A DNA stretch of 64,000 nucleotides, from NCBI RefSeq assembly GCF_006345805.1, contig NC_043003.1, forward strand, positions 108,004,001 to 108,068,000, read 5' to 3'. The notes below the pieces were generated by a model. That model saw nothing but the letters and a program-made list of their open reading frames with translations. It was not told where the DNA came from and searched no databases. Of this stretch, positions 28,208 to 40,163 are shown piece after piece. This stretch comes from Octopus sinensis. Taxonomy: Eukaryota. The translations under genes and the position numbers were made by a program. Each line of letters starts with the position of its first letter. The first letter of the stretch is position 1.

Positions 28208-28342
28208 CTTAACTGAAAGAACCAGCGTCTCCCGCGTGTGTCTGTGTTTACAGTCGATCTTAACCTGAATGAATTCGTTTGCGTGTTTTTCACAGATTCT
28301 GAAAGTAATATCGGCGAGTGATTCGTCTCCTGGTAGAGTCAC
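28208..28342 (-). CDS. Candidate internal exon (135 nt, phase 0->0): VTLPGDESLADITFRICEKHANEFIQVKIDCKHRHTRETLVLSVK
   Basis: Acceptor actgacttag with a CTGAC branch-like motif, donor AAG|gtaggt. Only one frame is open; globular amino-acid composition. Confidence 0.62.
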
Positions 28343-29489
28343 CTAAGTCAGTAAGTTACCAGGAAGAGTAATCAAACGAGACTATAGACTCTCACTCTCT
28401 CTAACTCACTATTTCTCTTTATCTCTTTTCTTTCTGTTTCTCATTTCTCTTTCTCTATCTGTTTCCTCGCTCTCTTTCTTTTTCTCTCACACACATGCAT
28501 TCTCTCCTTCTCTCACCTCATACATTCTCTTCCTATATTTTCTCGCATATACCCACACAAAAATATAGAATGCCTCACTTAAGAGGGCTAAGATTTGCCA
28601 TTCTCAGTGGTTATTTTTCAAAAGTCTTTAGCTTGATTGTAGATCGGGTTGGCTTGACATACTCTTTACTTCCCGAAAATTAGACCCAAAACGAGATATA
28701 GTAAAGTATTTTAAGAAAATTGGCTATCATATGGAATTAGGGAATGCTTTATTATTTTACAATCCTAGAATAAACTAAGGGCAATCGAGAACTGAATGAT
28801 TTTGCAGACGACTGCATTTTAATTTCAGAAGAATGAAAGCAGGAAAGAACAGGAATATAACATTACCATACACTCAACAGTGTGGAGGGGGGGTCTTAAC
28901 TTGACGGCTCAGACACCAAGAAATAGGAGCCTAATGTTGCTCACGATTACACTTTACCGTATTAGAAAAGGAGAAATACATTGGGCAGTGTAATCCACGA
29001 TATGCAATATCTAAACGATGGACGTGTTATTGCTCACGACCGTAATGTCTTTAATCCGTTGGTCTATTCACTCAGGTATGACCCTCAGAGAAACAACAAC
29101 GATATTATCTCCAGTAATGTTGGCTGATTTTGATAAAAGACCACAAATTTGTTAGTATTGGGTATATATATGAATTTGACCGGTACTCATTTTATTAACC
29201 CCAATGAAATAAAAATATCAGATAGATTTGAATTCAGTACATAAGATATTTAACATAAAAATTTATCTTCAATATCTTCAACAGCTTAGTAACTTATCTT
29301 TTATCACATAGTACTTAGATGGACGAACTCAAATTGTAAGTTTTTAACAATCGATTTTTCTATGTGTCTTCTTTTTCTTCAGACAAAGGGGTGTATTTTG
29401 ACGAAATTTCCACTGCTATGTCGAGCAAATCAACCAACTACATGGAGATTTTATTTTCAATCTTTATGATCAAAATACCAAACATTAAT

Positions 29490-30310
29490 AACAGCTCAAA
29501 ATAATGACTGACAAATTATTTCTTTGGTCGCCCAGCCGATGTCTCTCTCTCTCTATCCGTTCAGTCGAAGTCGACTCTCGGTTACTCGATGGATCAATGT
29601 CCTCCAGCCAGTTCTATCCTGGGTCGCTTCTTTCAGATTGGCTATGGCCATTCCCGTGTCACTCTTGATGGTGTCAAGCCAGCGGGTTCTTGGTCGGCCT
29701 CTTCCTCTCTTGCAACTGACCATTCCGAGCATGATGTCCTTCTCCAGGGATTTTCTCCGCATAATATGACCAAAATATGCCAATCTATGCTTGGTGATCC
29801 TAGCTTCCAGCGACAGTTTCGGCTTGATCTGGTTAAGAACTTCTCCATTGGTGAGCCTCGCTGTCCATGGAATCCGTAAAAGCCTTCTCCAGTACCAAAG
29901 TTCGAATGCATTAAATCTCTTCTGGTCAGCTTTTTTAGTGTCCATATGTTGCTATTGGGAAGACGATCGCATTCACCAATCTACATTTGGTAGCGAGGCT
30001 GATGCTTCTACTCTTCCAGACCTTGCTCATGCTGACCAATGCCTCTCTACCCAGTACTATCCGCCGCCTTATTTCTGGAGTGCAGTTACCATCTCGATTT
30101 ATTTTGGAGCCAAGGAAGATGAAATCATCAACAACTTCGATCTCTTCATTATCGATCTTGATGGTGATGTTTGTTGTGGCTACTGTTGACATGATCTTCG
30201 TTTTCTTGACATGTCAACCGATGTAGAGTTCAATATTAACACATCTGGAATCAGTAATTTTTCAAACAGTGTAATGCAAGGATCCGTTCTGTCGTAGTTA
30301 CTTTTAAAAT
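29490..30310 (+). mobile_element. Old LINE RT relic split by the RTE insertion
   Basis: Removing the RTE and one TSD copy gives in-frame LTNYFFGRPADVEFNINTSGISNFSNSVMQGSVLS*LL (G-V-P-Q-G-S-V-L-S-P-type RT motif). Confidence 0.7.
29543..30214 (-). mobile_element. 5'-truncated RTE-clade (BovB-like) LINE
   Basis: DFIFLGSKI..EIRRRI..KCRLVNAIVFPIATYG / AFELWYWRRLLRIPWTAR..YFGHIMRRKSLEKDIMLG..RGRPRTRWLD; (GA)n tail; TSD ca(g/a)ccgatgt at 29533-29542 and 30215-30224. Confidence 0.93.
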
Positions 30311-30453
30311 TACAGCTTGTCATCATACGACACCAAACAGAAGAATAAAACAACATACTACCTTGTATATGCAAATGACATTAGAAATATATCCTTACCA
30401 TTACTGCCAAGGCATAACAGTGCAACTAATCCGGCTTAATTCCGGCTTTATAT

Positions 30454-30551
<98 letters not shown>

Positions 30552-30893
30552 TAAACCCTCGTAACTTGGCTACATTGATATAAACTAAAAATAGTAGTAT
30601 TTTTGTTCTTATCAGCAATTCAATAATTTAAACATGCCATACACAAAAGATAAAAATATTAGCCATTTACTACTACTACTAATACTGCTGCTGCTGCTGC
30701 TGCTGCTGCCGCCGCTGCTGCTGTTGTTGCGGCTGCTGCTGCTATCAGTAACAATGGTATGATTTCAATTTTTCTTAATTGTTTATGTTGATACCACTCT
30801 TTCTGTTGATCGTAGATTTTCCCCACCTTTTTTCTTTTTATGGCAGGAGGTGTGGATGGTTGATGCTTATCTTTTCACCCGGTCACTGGGTAC

Positions 30894-30941
30894 CTTTAAC
30901 GGGGTTCGCTGTCTTGCAAGCAGTTATACCAGATTTCCAAT
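30894..30941 (-). CDS. Candidate small exon (Q-LEIWYNCLQDSEPR*) with frame problem
   Basis: Acceptor cattctcag, donor AAG|gtaccc. The phase-2 start matches 31150-31205, but the frame hits TAA at 30896-30898. Confidence 0.3.
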
Positions 30942-31149
30942 CTGAGAATGTCTGTGACCTTCCCACACATCATCACAAAGAATCGAGAAAACAAAGCAAT
31001 GCAAGTAATTCTAAAAAGTCTCAACTTCAACTAACAGAAAAATTCAACAACACTAATATACAAACAATAAAAGTATTTCGTTTCATACCAGTCATTACCT
31101 GCATTCCCTCCACATCAAACAGCAAAGATTTTCCATTTTCTCCACTTAC

Positions 31150-31205
31150 TGTTCACGGGTGGTTTGCGGGGAGAGAGTTCTCAGGCACCGCTTCCATGAG
31201 ATCCT
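31150..31205 (-). CDS. Candidate exon (56 nt, phase 0->2): RISWKRCLRTLSPQTTRE
   Basis: Acceptor ttttctttttag and perfect donor gtaagt; one open frame. Confidence 0.45.
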
Positions 31206-31234
31206 CTAAAAAGAAAACGGTATTATTCTTTTGG

Positions 31235-31466
31235 TGGCGGCGAGCTGGCAGAAACGTTAGCACGCCGGGCGAAATGCATAGCGATATTTCGTCTGCCGTT
31301 ACGTTGTGAGTTCAAATTCCGCCGAGGTCGACTTTGCCTTTTATCCTTTCGGAGTCGATAAATTAAGTACCAGTTACGCACTGGGGTCGATATAATCGAC
31401 TTAATCCGTTTATCTGTCCTTGTTTGTCCTCTATGTGTTTAGCCCCTTGTGGGTAGTAAAGAAATA
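31235..31466 (+). mobile_element. Young Nin/Deu-like SINE monomer
   Basis: Closely matches the 12930 and 62823 copies; perfect 13-bp TSD ggtattattcttt at 31219-31231 and 31467-31479. Confidence 0.92.
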
Positions 31467-34121
31467 GGTATTATTCTTTCCAGCTGGATTCCGAAGATAC
31501 CAACTGAGACTATGGATGTTATCCACTCGTTTCATTTTTCGTTTCTACTTAGGTCTGTGACCTTTCAATGTAGAGGAGTACCAGCTCGATCGAGAGAGAC
31601 TACACTCAATCGAGTAACGTTACTACAAAGATCCTTCAGAGGAACCCTAATTTGGCTGATTATATTTACAATAGCTCATCATTCATGACCATAGGTGTCA
31701 AGATGCGTAGTTTAGTGGTTAGCATACTCAGCTTATGATCGTAAGGTCGTGAGTTCGATTCCCAGCAGCGCGTTGTGTCCTTGAGCAAGGCATTTTATTT
31801 CAAGTTGCTCTAGTTCACTCAGCTGGCAAAAATGAGTTGTACCTGTATTTCAAAGGGCCAGCCTTGTCATACTCTGTGTTACGCTGAATCTCTCTGAGAA
31901 CTATGTTAAGGATGTGGGTTTCTATGAAGGGCTCCACCACTTGCACGTTCATTTCACGAGCAGGTTGTTCCGTTATCAGAGACCATGAATGCACGAAAAC
32001 CGAAGTGAAAACAACAGGTATGATTTTCTTTACTAGCATCTCTTCTTCTGAAAATCGAATGCTGACGTTGGCGCATGCCTATGCCAAAACCTGCAATTCT
32101 AGCATTCATTTCAGCGTCCTTCTTCCTATTATACGTGTAAATGTAAGAAAGTACAAAATACAAAACAGCATATTTCACATCATCGCAGACCACATTAAAA
32201 AATGAAACAAAATTAGAAAGGAAAAATAACACCATGAACATGTTTGTCCAATTTGTTTCAGTGTCCAAGTACAAGCTCGTTATAGTTCTGTATTTTTGAC
32301 ACTTTGACTAAGTTCACTTTCTTCGCATCTACTGTAGCTATCAGCAGAATTTTCAGGCTTTATAAAACAGATTTGATAATGCCTAGATCTCCACACTACG
32401 TCTCTTATGATAAACCATTCTTTGGGCAATTCTCAATCCTCATAAAGCATAATATAAGCTATGCATGGAACACTGGGTCAGTGGATTGCATCTGGTTGCT
32501 AGTGGACGGAATGTGCGTGGCTACGTACTTAAGGTATTTGGCTCACGATCATAAAGTCATGAGTTCGCACACCGGCGGCGCGTCGTTTATTTAAGTAAGA
32601 CACTTATTTTCTGTTGCTTCAGTCCATTCAGCTGGTAGAAGTGAGTAGTACCTGTAATTCAAAGGGCTTGCCTTGTCGCATTCTATGTCACACCGAATAT
32701 CCTTGAGAACTACGTCAAGGGTTTGCGTGTTTGTGGAGTGCTCAGCCACTTGCTGGTTAAATTCATGAGCCGCTGTTCTGTTAATCGGATCATCTAGAAC
32801 ACTCGTTGTCGTAACCGATGAGTGCCAGCGCCAGGTAGTCTGTCGCCAAAGCGCTTCTTGAACTAATCAACTACTCAAGTTGTCACCATGGGAGTTTAAC
32901 AATATCGAAATGAAAAGAACACTCATGAGAAAAGAAATATGTTATGTAAACAGCCGGATCCCAATATTTCGTACGACTTCTCTTTCCCTGTGGCCACCAC
33001 TCGTAACAACAAAATTTAAAATAACACAAAACCATCTTTTCATTTTCTTATACCTAACCCAAGAAATCCTTTAAATAATTACTCAATGATTTAAAGCCTT
33101 CCATTTCCTCCTGCTCCTCCTTCTCCTCTTTGCCGTCACAACATATTAATTTCATTCATTAAAGTTTTTAACTCCATATCATTTCTCGTTCGCTGTTTAA
33201 GCTCCACTATCCTTTTCTGTGATTCACACTTGGTTGTCTTCAATTCCCCTGCTTCCACTACATTCCGCAACTACTCTCTTAACCTCCCAACGCACCTTCA
33301 ACAAGTTAAGATATTTAGTGATTTTGTTAAAGTCACATTACTCCAAAAGCTCAGTTGTGTTAAAATAAACGTACACAAACGTAGTATATTTTCCGGCAGA
33401 CAACTCGAATTTATCAGACCAAAATTTACCGCGAAAATAGGTAGCTCGATAGATACACCAAGACGACTTTAGAGAACCAAAAATTCCATGTGCATGCCGC
33501 AGGATTTGGAAAGAGAGTGAGGATATTTGAATATTTACACTACGTTTCACAGAATATACTATGTCAACTTAAATGCCAACAAATACGATATCTAATAAGA
33601 GATTCGGGAATATATGTGTTGGATACTACAAATTTCAGCCAATACAAACTCTGGCATAATATTGCAGGCGGCAGCAAAGGCGGCGAGCTGGCAGAATCGT
33701 TAGCACTCTGGAAAAAATGCTTGGCGGCATTTCATCCGTCTTTACGTTCTATGTTCAAATTCTGCCGAGGTCGACCTTGCTTTTTATCCCTTTTGAGGAC
33801 CGATAAAATAAGTACTAGCTGAATACTAGGGTCCATACAATCGACCTAACTCCTACCCTGAAATTACTGGCCTTGAAACTAATAATACAGATAGCTGCAT
33901 AAAGATTTGATACTAGCGATAGAATATAAGTCTGCATAATAACTACGAACAACTTTAAATCAGCGGGAAAAGGAAATTGAAGTCAAAGTAAACAGATGTG
34001 AAAATACCCCATTAGCTTTGCATCAGGTCATCTTTCTGCAAACCGAACTCACGAAAGGCTTTATCAACCACCTTCAACAAACGAGACAGACAGTAAATAA
34101 TAATTATTCCATGATACTAAC

Positions 34122-34226
34122 TCGCAAGAATAACGCAACCCAGTTTATATAATTGGTTACCGTTTCCGGTGGATCAAGATACGAATGATACGACGAAATA
34201 ACAGAAAAATACTGGCTAATATCTTT
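34122..34226 (-). CDS. Candidate exon (phase 0->0): KDISQYFSVISSYHSYLDPPETVTNYINWVALFLR
   Basis: Acceptor ttttttttatcttgag (alternative ccag at 34212), donor gttagt; open frame, in phase with 31150-31205. Confidence 0.4.
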
Positions 34227-34597
34227 CTCAAGATAAAAAAAAATCTCATATGTATATATGTATAAATATATATATACATAGTAAAGAGTAAGAGTATATA
34301 TGTGTGTATATATATATCTATAGATGCATAGAAACTCACGCGTGTACGTGCAGATGCAAACACACCACACACATATATATAGCAAAAGAACTGGAATTAC
34401 ATAAATTCATTAGCTTTTAGCTGTTTCAGCAACGAGAACAAAACAAAAGTAGCTAATGAGTCCTGCTCCATATTCGCTGAGTAGGAACAGCGCTAGACTG
34501 AACAGTTTATTAGTGAAAGACAGTATATATAATACATACATATATATATGTATATATGCGTGTGTGTGTGTGTATGTATATATACGTATATGAATAT

Positions 34598-34676
<79 letters not shown>

Positions 34677-36163
34677 TATATATATACATACACACATGCA
34701 TACATACATATATATCTACAAACACATCTACATATATATAGACAATATATATGTATATATATATGTATATGTATATACATATATAAACACATGTGACATA
34801 CGTACACACATATACACGCATACATGCATTTATAAACGTTGGATGGATAATTTCAATCCACAATGACTAATTATCATCGTCATCATCATCATCGTCATCA
34901 TCTGTGGAATCATTTTAACAGATAAATCGAGCATTGGGCATTAATGCAATAGTTTATAACTTCAGAAACGAGTGGAAATAAATTTATACTAAGAAAAAAA
35001 AAGTTAGATAAGAATGAGACACACTCGCCTTTGTAACACCACATTTAACAGTGACAATGTCAACGTCGCTTGATAAGTGTTACCTTGCATAGATATGGTT
35101 GTACACAGGTACATGTGCATGTATACAAACATGCATAGATATAATAATGCGCATACTCTACATTTACTTGCACTTTCATTTCTACTGTGCGCAATAAGTA
35201 TTTTCATCATAAAAGATTTGTTCCTCACAATGTTACTTGCACTATCATTTTCTTTCTGTCTACTTTTCCTTATTTCTTACTCCCGTCACCTTTCTCACGA
35301 TCTTTTCTCACTCTTCAGCCGAATTCTGTCGATTTCCGTCACTCCACTCCATCGTATGTCTTTTTTCCTGCGCGTATCACACAAGCTGTACATATTTCTC
35401 TCTGCGCCCTGTATCAGGTTGTATCTTAAAAACAGTCTTTTTTTTTCAACTTTCCTCTGCGCTAGCACCTTCTTTGCTTATGTCTGTCTCTATACATTGT
35501 TTCTCCGCATTCTTCGCCTCAGATCTGTGTGTTTTCAGTCGTAAGACTTCCTGTTTCTTCCATTCTAACCTTGCCACTCCCCAGTGAGAGAATCAAGTTT
35601 TTCAAGCGTGGAAATCAAATGACTCAAGATTTTAAAAAAAGTGGCTATCTTTTCTTTTAATTGTTGTACAGGGATTTTTGTGATGTCCCATATCATTTAG
35701 ACCTATCTGCATAGGTCTAAGTGTATTATAAATACATTTAGACCTATATTGTTACAACTCTATTCGCTAGAATAGACCCCTATCCTTACTTTCCTTAAAC
35801 AAAGGTTAAATTTTCTAAATACAAATTAAATAACATCAACAACAATCAAACACTAGTTGCACATCCGCTGACCAATTAGCCTTTTCCCTTACTTAATTTC
35901 CATCGTGAAACCTAAAACAACAATCTAACATGCTTGAAGAAGGTATACCTAATTTACAAATGTTTACACGCCAACTGAAATCAGAAGAGTAACACAACTT
36001 CCACTACAGTCTACCGACGGCTCGTAGGTCGAAACTCCGAAGACAGTGTCAGCTTCTTCTTGAAAAAGGATAATAAATATGTACGCTACAAATTGTATTA
36101 ATTACCTTAATGCTAATTTGGGTTTATTATAAATCGACACAAAAACAAACATTAATGTGTGTG

Positions 36164-36300
<137 letters not shown>

Positions 36301-36965
36301 ATGTATGTATGTATGTATATGTATGTATGTATTAGGCGTGGCCATAGCGCAGGCGTGGCTGTGGGGCAAGGAGCTTTCTTCCCAACCACATGGTTCCGAG
36401 TTCAATCCCACTGCGTGGCACCTTGGGCACTTAAACCTCGGGCCAACCAAAGCTTTGAGAGTGAATTTAGCAGACAGAAACTTAAAGAAGATCGTCGTGT
36501 ATAATATATATATATATTATATATATATATAATATATATATCTATATATATATATACATATATAAGTAGAGTTAGCGGTTGGAATAACCGTCTAAGGGAT
36601 AAGAATATCCGTTATTACTATCGATGTAAATTACCTATGTTAACCCTGGGCATGGGTATGCAAGCATTCCTGATAAACTCGTGCTTAAATATATAACCAG
36701 CCAAAACTGCTAAGAAAATCTGGAACTCGACTGAATATAGAAAACTCCGAATGACCTGTCCTTGTTTTTTCCTGTCCTTTTTTGTGTCGTCTAACTGTCC
36801 GGATGTTTTGTTGTCACCTGTTACGTTCTTGTTACGTTGTAGTCACCGGTTACTTGTTCTTTGTTTTCTTATATATATATATATATAAATTGTATATGCT
36901 AGTAGACAAAGTGACATTTTAATCCATAAAATGATTCCGCTCCCACAAAAAGAAAAAAATGAAAC

Positions 36966-37046
36966 TTTAGGGATTGTCTCAGAATTCAGGCGCCTTAAGT
37001 CTTGTAGTAACTGGATAGCAATGGGCGATGGTTGACTGATTTCTAA
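36966..37046 (-). CDS. Weak candidate exon (phase 0->0): LEISQPSPIAIQLLQDLRRLNSETIPK
   Basis: Protein-like open frame bounded by AG/GT, but both splice signals are weak. Confidence 0.22.
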
Positions 37047-37429
37047 CTAGTTCCTTAATAAATATTGACGTATTTTCTGCTGAAACAACTTGATTCACAT
37101 TATTATAATAAAATACAAGTAGAGTGAAATAAAAGCACTCATTTTAGTGAACACTGCACAGAACTTTTAAAATACTTTAAAATATTTTAATGATTTTTCC
37201 AATGACATTTTAAGACATCAGTTTTTTAAAAAATTATCTTATATAAATTCATTATAAAATTATGGAATAGATTTCATAAAATATATTAAACTATTTTAAA
37301 ATGCTTTACTGGTAAAAAATTGTCAATAAAATTTTAACCTTTACACACATAAATGTGTGCGTATGTGTATGTATGTATGTATGTATGTATGTATGTATGT
37401 ATGTATGGTATGTATGTATGTATGTATGC

Positions 37430-37496
<67 letters not shown>

Positions 37497-37789
37497 AAAT
37501 AAGAAAATGGAGAAATACATCTAAATCATTAATCAACTACCAGATAATACCCAATCACATACTTTATTAAACCACTACATAAGAACATTAAGGTCAAACC
37601 TAAAAATATATAACAAAACAGCGTACATGAATGAGTAATACAATACAATAGGTACAATCATTATAAGAGGATATAAATAAATAAATATAAATAGATATAA
37701 ATATAAATATACACTATATCTTACAGCTGTTTCGGCCATGCAGATAATTATGTCTCATTTTACCTATATTAGCCATGTATAGTATGTCA

Positions 37790-38071
37790 ATATACACACA
37801 TACATAACTCTACGTACCTACATATAACTAAACACACGAGCGTACACGTATATGTACATATACACATACACATACACACACATATATACATACATACACA
37901 TACATACACGCATATATACACATACACACACATATATATATATATATATATACCCCTATATACATATATATATATATATACACATGTACATATATATATA
38001 TATACACATACATACATACACATACATATACATATACACACATACACACACATACATACACATATATATAC

Positions 38072-38104
<33 letters not shown>

Positions 38105-38213
38105 ATATATATATATATTATATATACATATACATATACATGTGTGCAAACATACATACATACTCATACACACTCACACACTTACATATACATATATACA
38201 CACACTTACACAC

Positions 38214-38248
<35 letters not shown>

Positions 38249-38253
38249 CATAC

Positions 38254-38304
<51 letters not shown>

Positions 38305-38382
38305 ACATACACACATATATATACACACATACACATATGTACACATACACACACATATTCACACATATATATATATATATAT
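37790..38382. repeat. (CA)n/(TA)n compound microsatellite
   Basis: Directly visible. Confidence 0.95.
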
Positions 38383-38581
38383 AGTCAGCGTCGCAGCATT
38401 TGAATTCAGAACGTAAGGTTGGAAGAAATGCTACTGAGCATTTTATCAGGCGCTGTAACAATTCTGCCAGCTCGCAACGCTCTTTTTATTTATCCAGTAC
38501 ATTGCAGGCTGTTATTCGATATGAGTTCCGTAGAAAAAGACGTAGTGTTATATTTCTTGATGCATCTAAATTGCGATTCTT

Positions 38582-38625
<44 letters not shown>

Positions 38626-39499
38626 TCCCACACATAAGCACAAAAGTGCTTACGCGCACACGCACATATATTCGCGCACGTAGACCTACACACACACACA
38701 CACAAAGATACACACACAGACACACACATTCATGTGTATTGCTTTAGGTAATTTTTTGTACTTTAAAGTTTACTATTCCTATACATAGATTGTAGCCTCG
38801 CTGTGAATAGCTGGTTATTCTGCAGGTTTTATCTCTGATAAAGATCGAGGAAATTTAAGCATCACGCATATCACATCTCACAGTGAGTTAAAATATCTGG
38901 GGTTTCCACTTTGTTTGATTATAGCAGCTTGGCTAATTTTCATGTCTGCTGACATTGTACTTTAACTAAAACGCTGTGTAGTGTACTGTCAATTTTTCAA
39001 CCTTGTCAGCACCTGCACTTTTAATGCAAATTTAGTTATGTCCAAGTTTTGTATCCATTTATAAATTGTTATAAGCGAATATATCTTGTTTGGAATAATT
39101 AAACGAATTCACAATTGTATGTAATTTAATTTAGTCGAGTAAATTGAAAGAATAATCAGTACAGAATAGTGCAAGGAATCCAGTGATATGAGTAAATTTC
39201 AAATCTCCAGATATTTGCTTTAACTATCTATCGTGGTTTATCAACTTTATCCAAGTGGTACACAGAAACTGTTCTGCAGTTAGAAACAGCAAAGAAGATT
39301 TATTCACGACTATCTTTTATTGCGCGTTCTTTTATATATTAATAATAGAATAGAGAACAAAATAAGTATTTATTTAAAATACTATAAACGCAACATAATT
39401 CCAACCACAAAAGATAAATCAGTTAGTCATTATATCCTTTCGTTACTGAATTCCCTTAGAGATTTTCTAACTCCTACGTAGTGTTGTTGCACAACTCAT

Positions 39500-39962
39500 T
39501 AAGTTGCTATGAGGATATAACATGATTTAGTGATATCGGCAGTATTGGAGACTTTGGAGATTGAATATTACCAGCAGTAATAGTAAGAGAAATTGATGTT
39601 GACTTGCTGGAAACATTACTGAAAGGCATGAATGATAAATCGGTGGCTTTATAGGAAATGTAAAAAGTAGTAATGTAGGTCTATTGATAACATTTGTTTG
39701 CTTCAGCTTCATAATTTTTAATAGTCATAAATTGAACAAATTTAGCTGCTTCATAATGGCTGCTACTTTCTTCTATGGACATATTTAGCGGATGTGCTTC
39801 GGGAAGTATATTCTGAAGTTATTTGTTCAACTGATACTAACTGAGCTGTTCCATCTTGACGGTTGGCACAGGCGATGTTTGAGCCAATAGAGATTAGATG
39901 TAATACAAAAAGTGTCATATTGCTTTTGTAATAAGTCATTTGTCTAACCCCTAATCAGGGTT

Positions 39963-39999
<37 letters not shown>

Positions 40000-40123
40000 G
40001 CTGCTGCTGTTGCTACTACTACTACTACTACTATTACGACTACTGCTGCTGCTGCTGTTGCTACTACTACTACTACTACTACTATTACGACTACTGCCGC
40101 TACTACTACTACTACTACTACTA

Positions 40124-40163
<40 letters not shown>

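Noticed and set aside
32030-32126. Exon-like RKKDAEMNARIAGFGIGMRQRQHSIFRRRDA
   Set aside because: Including it puts the next exon in a frame with a TGA; weak donors.
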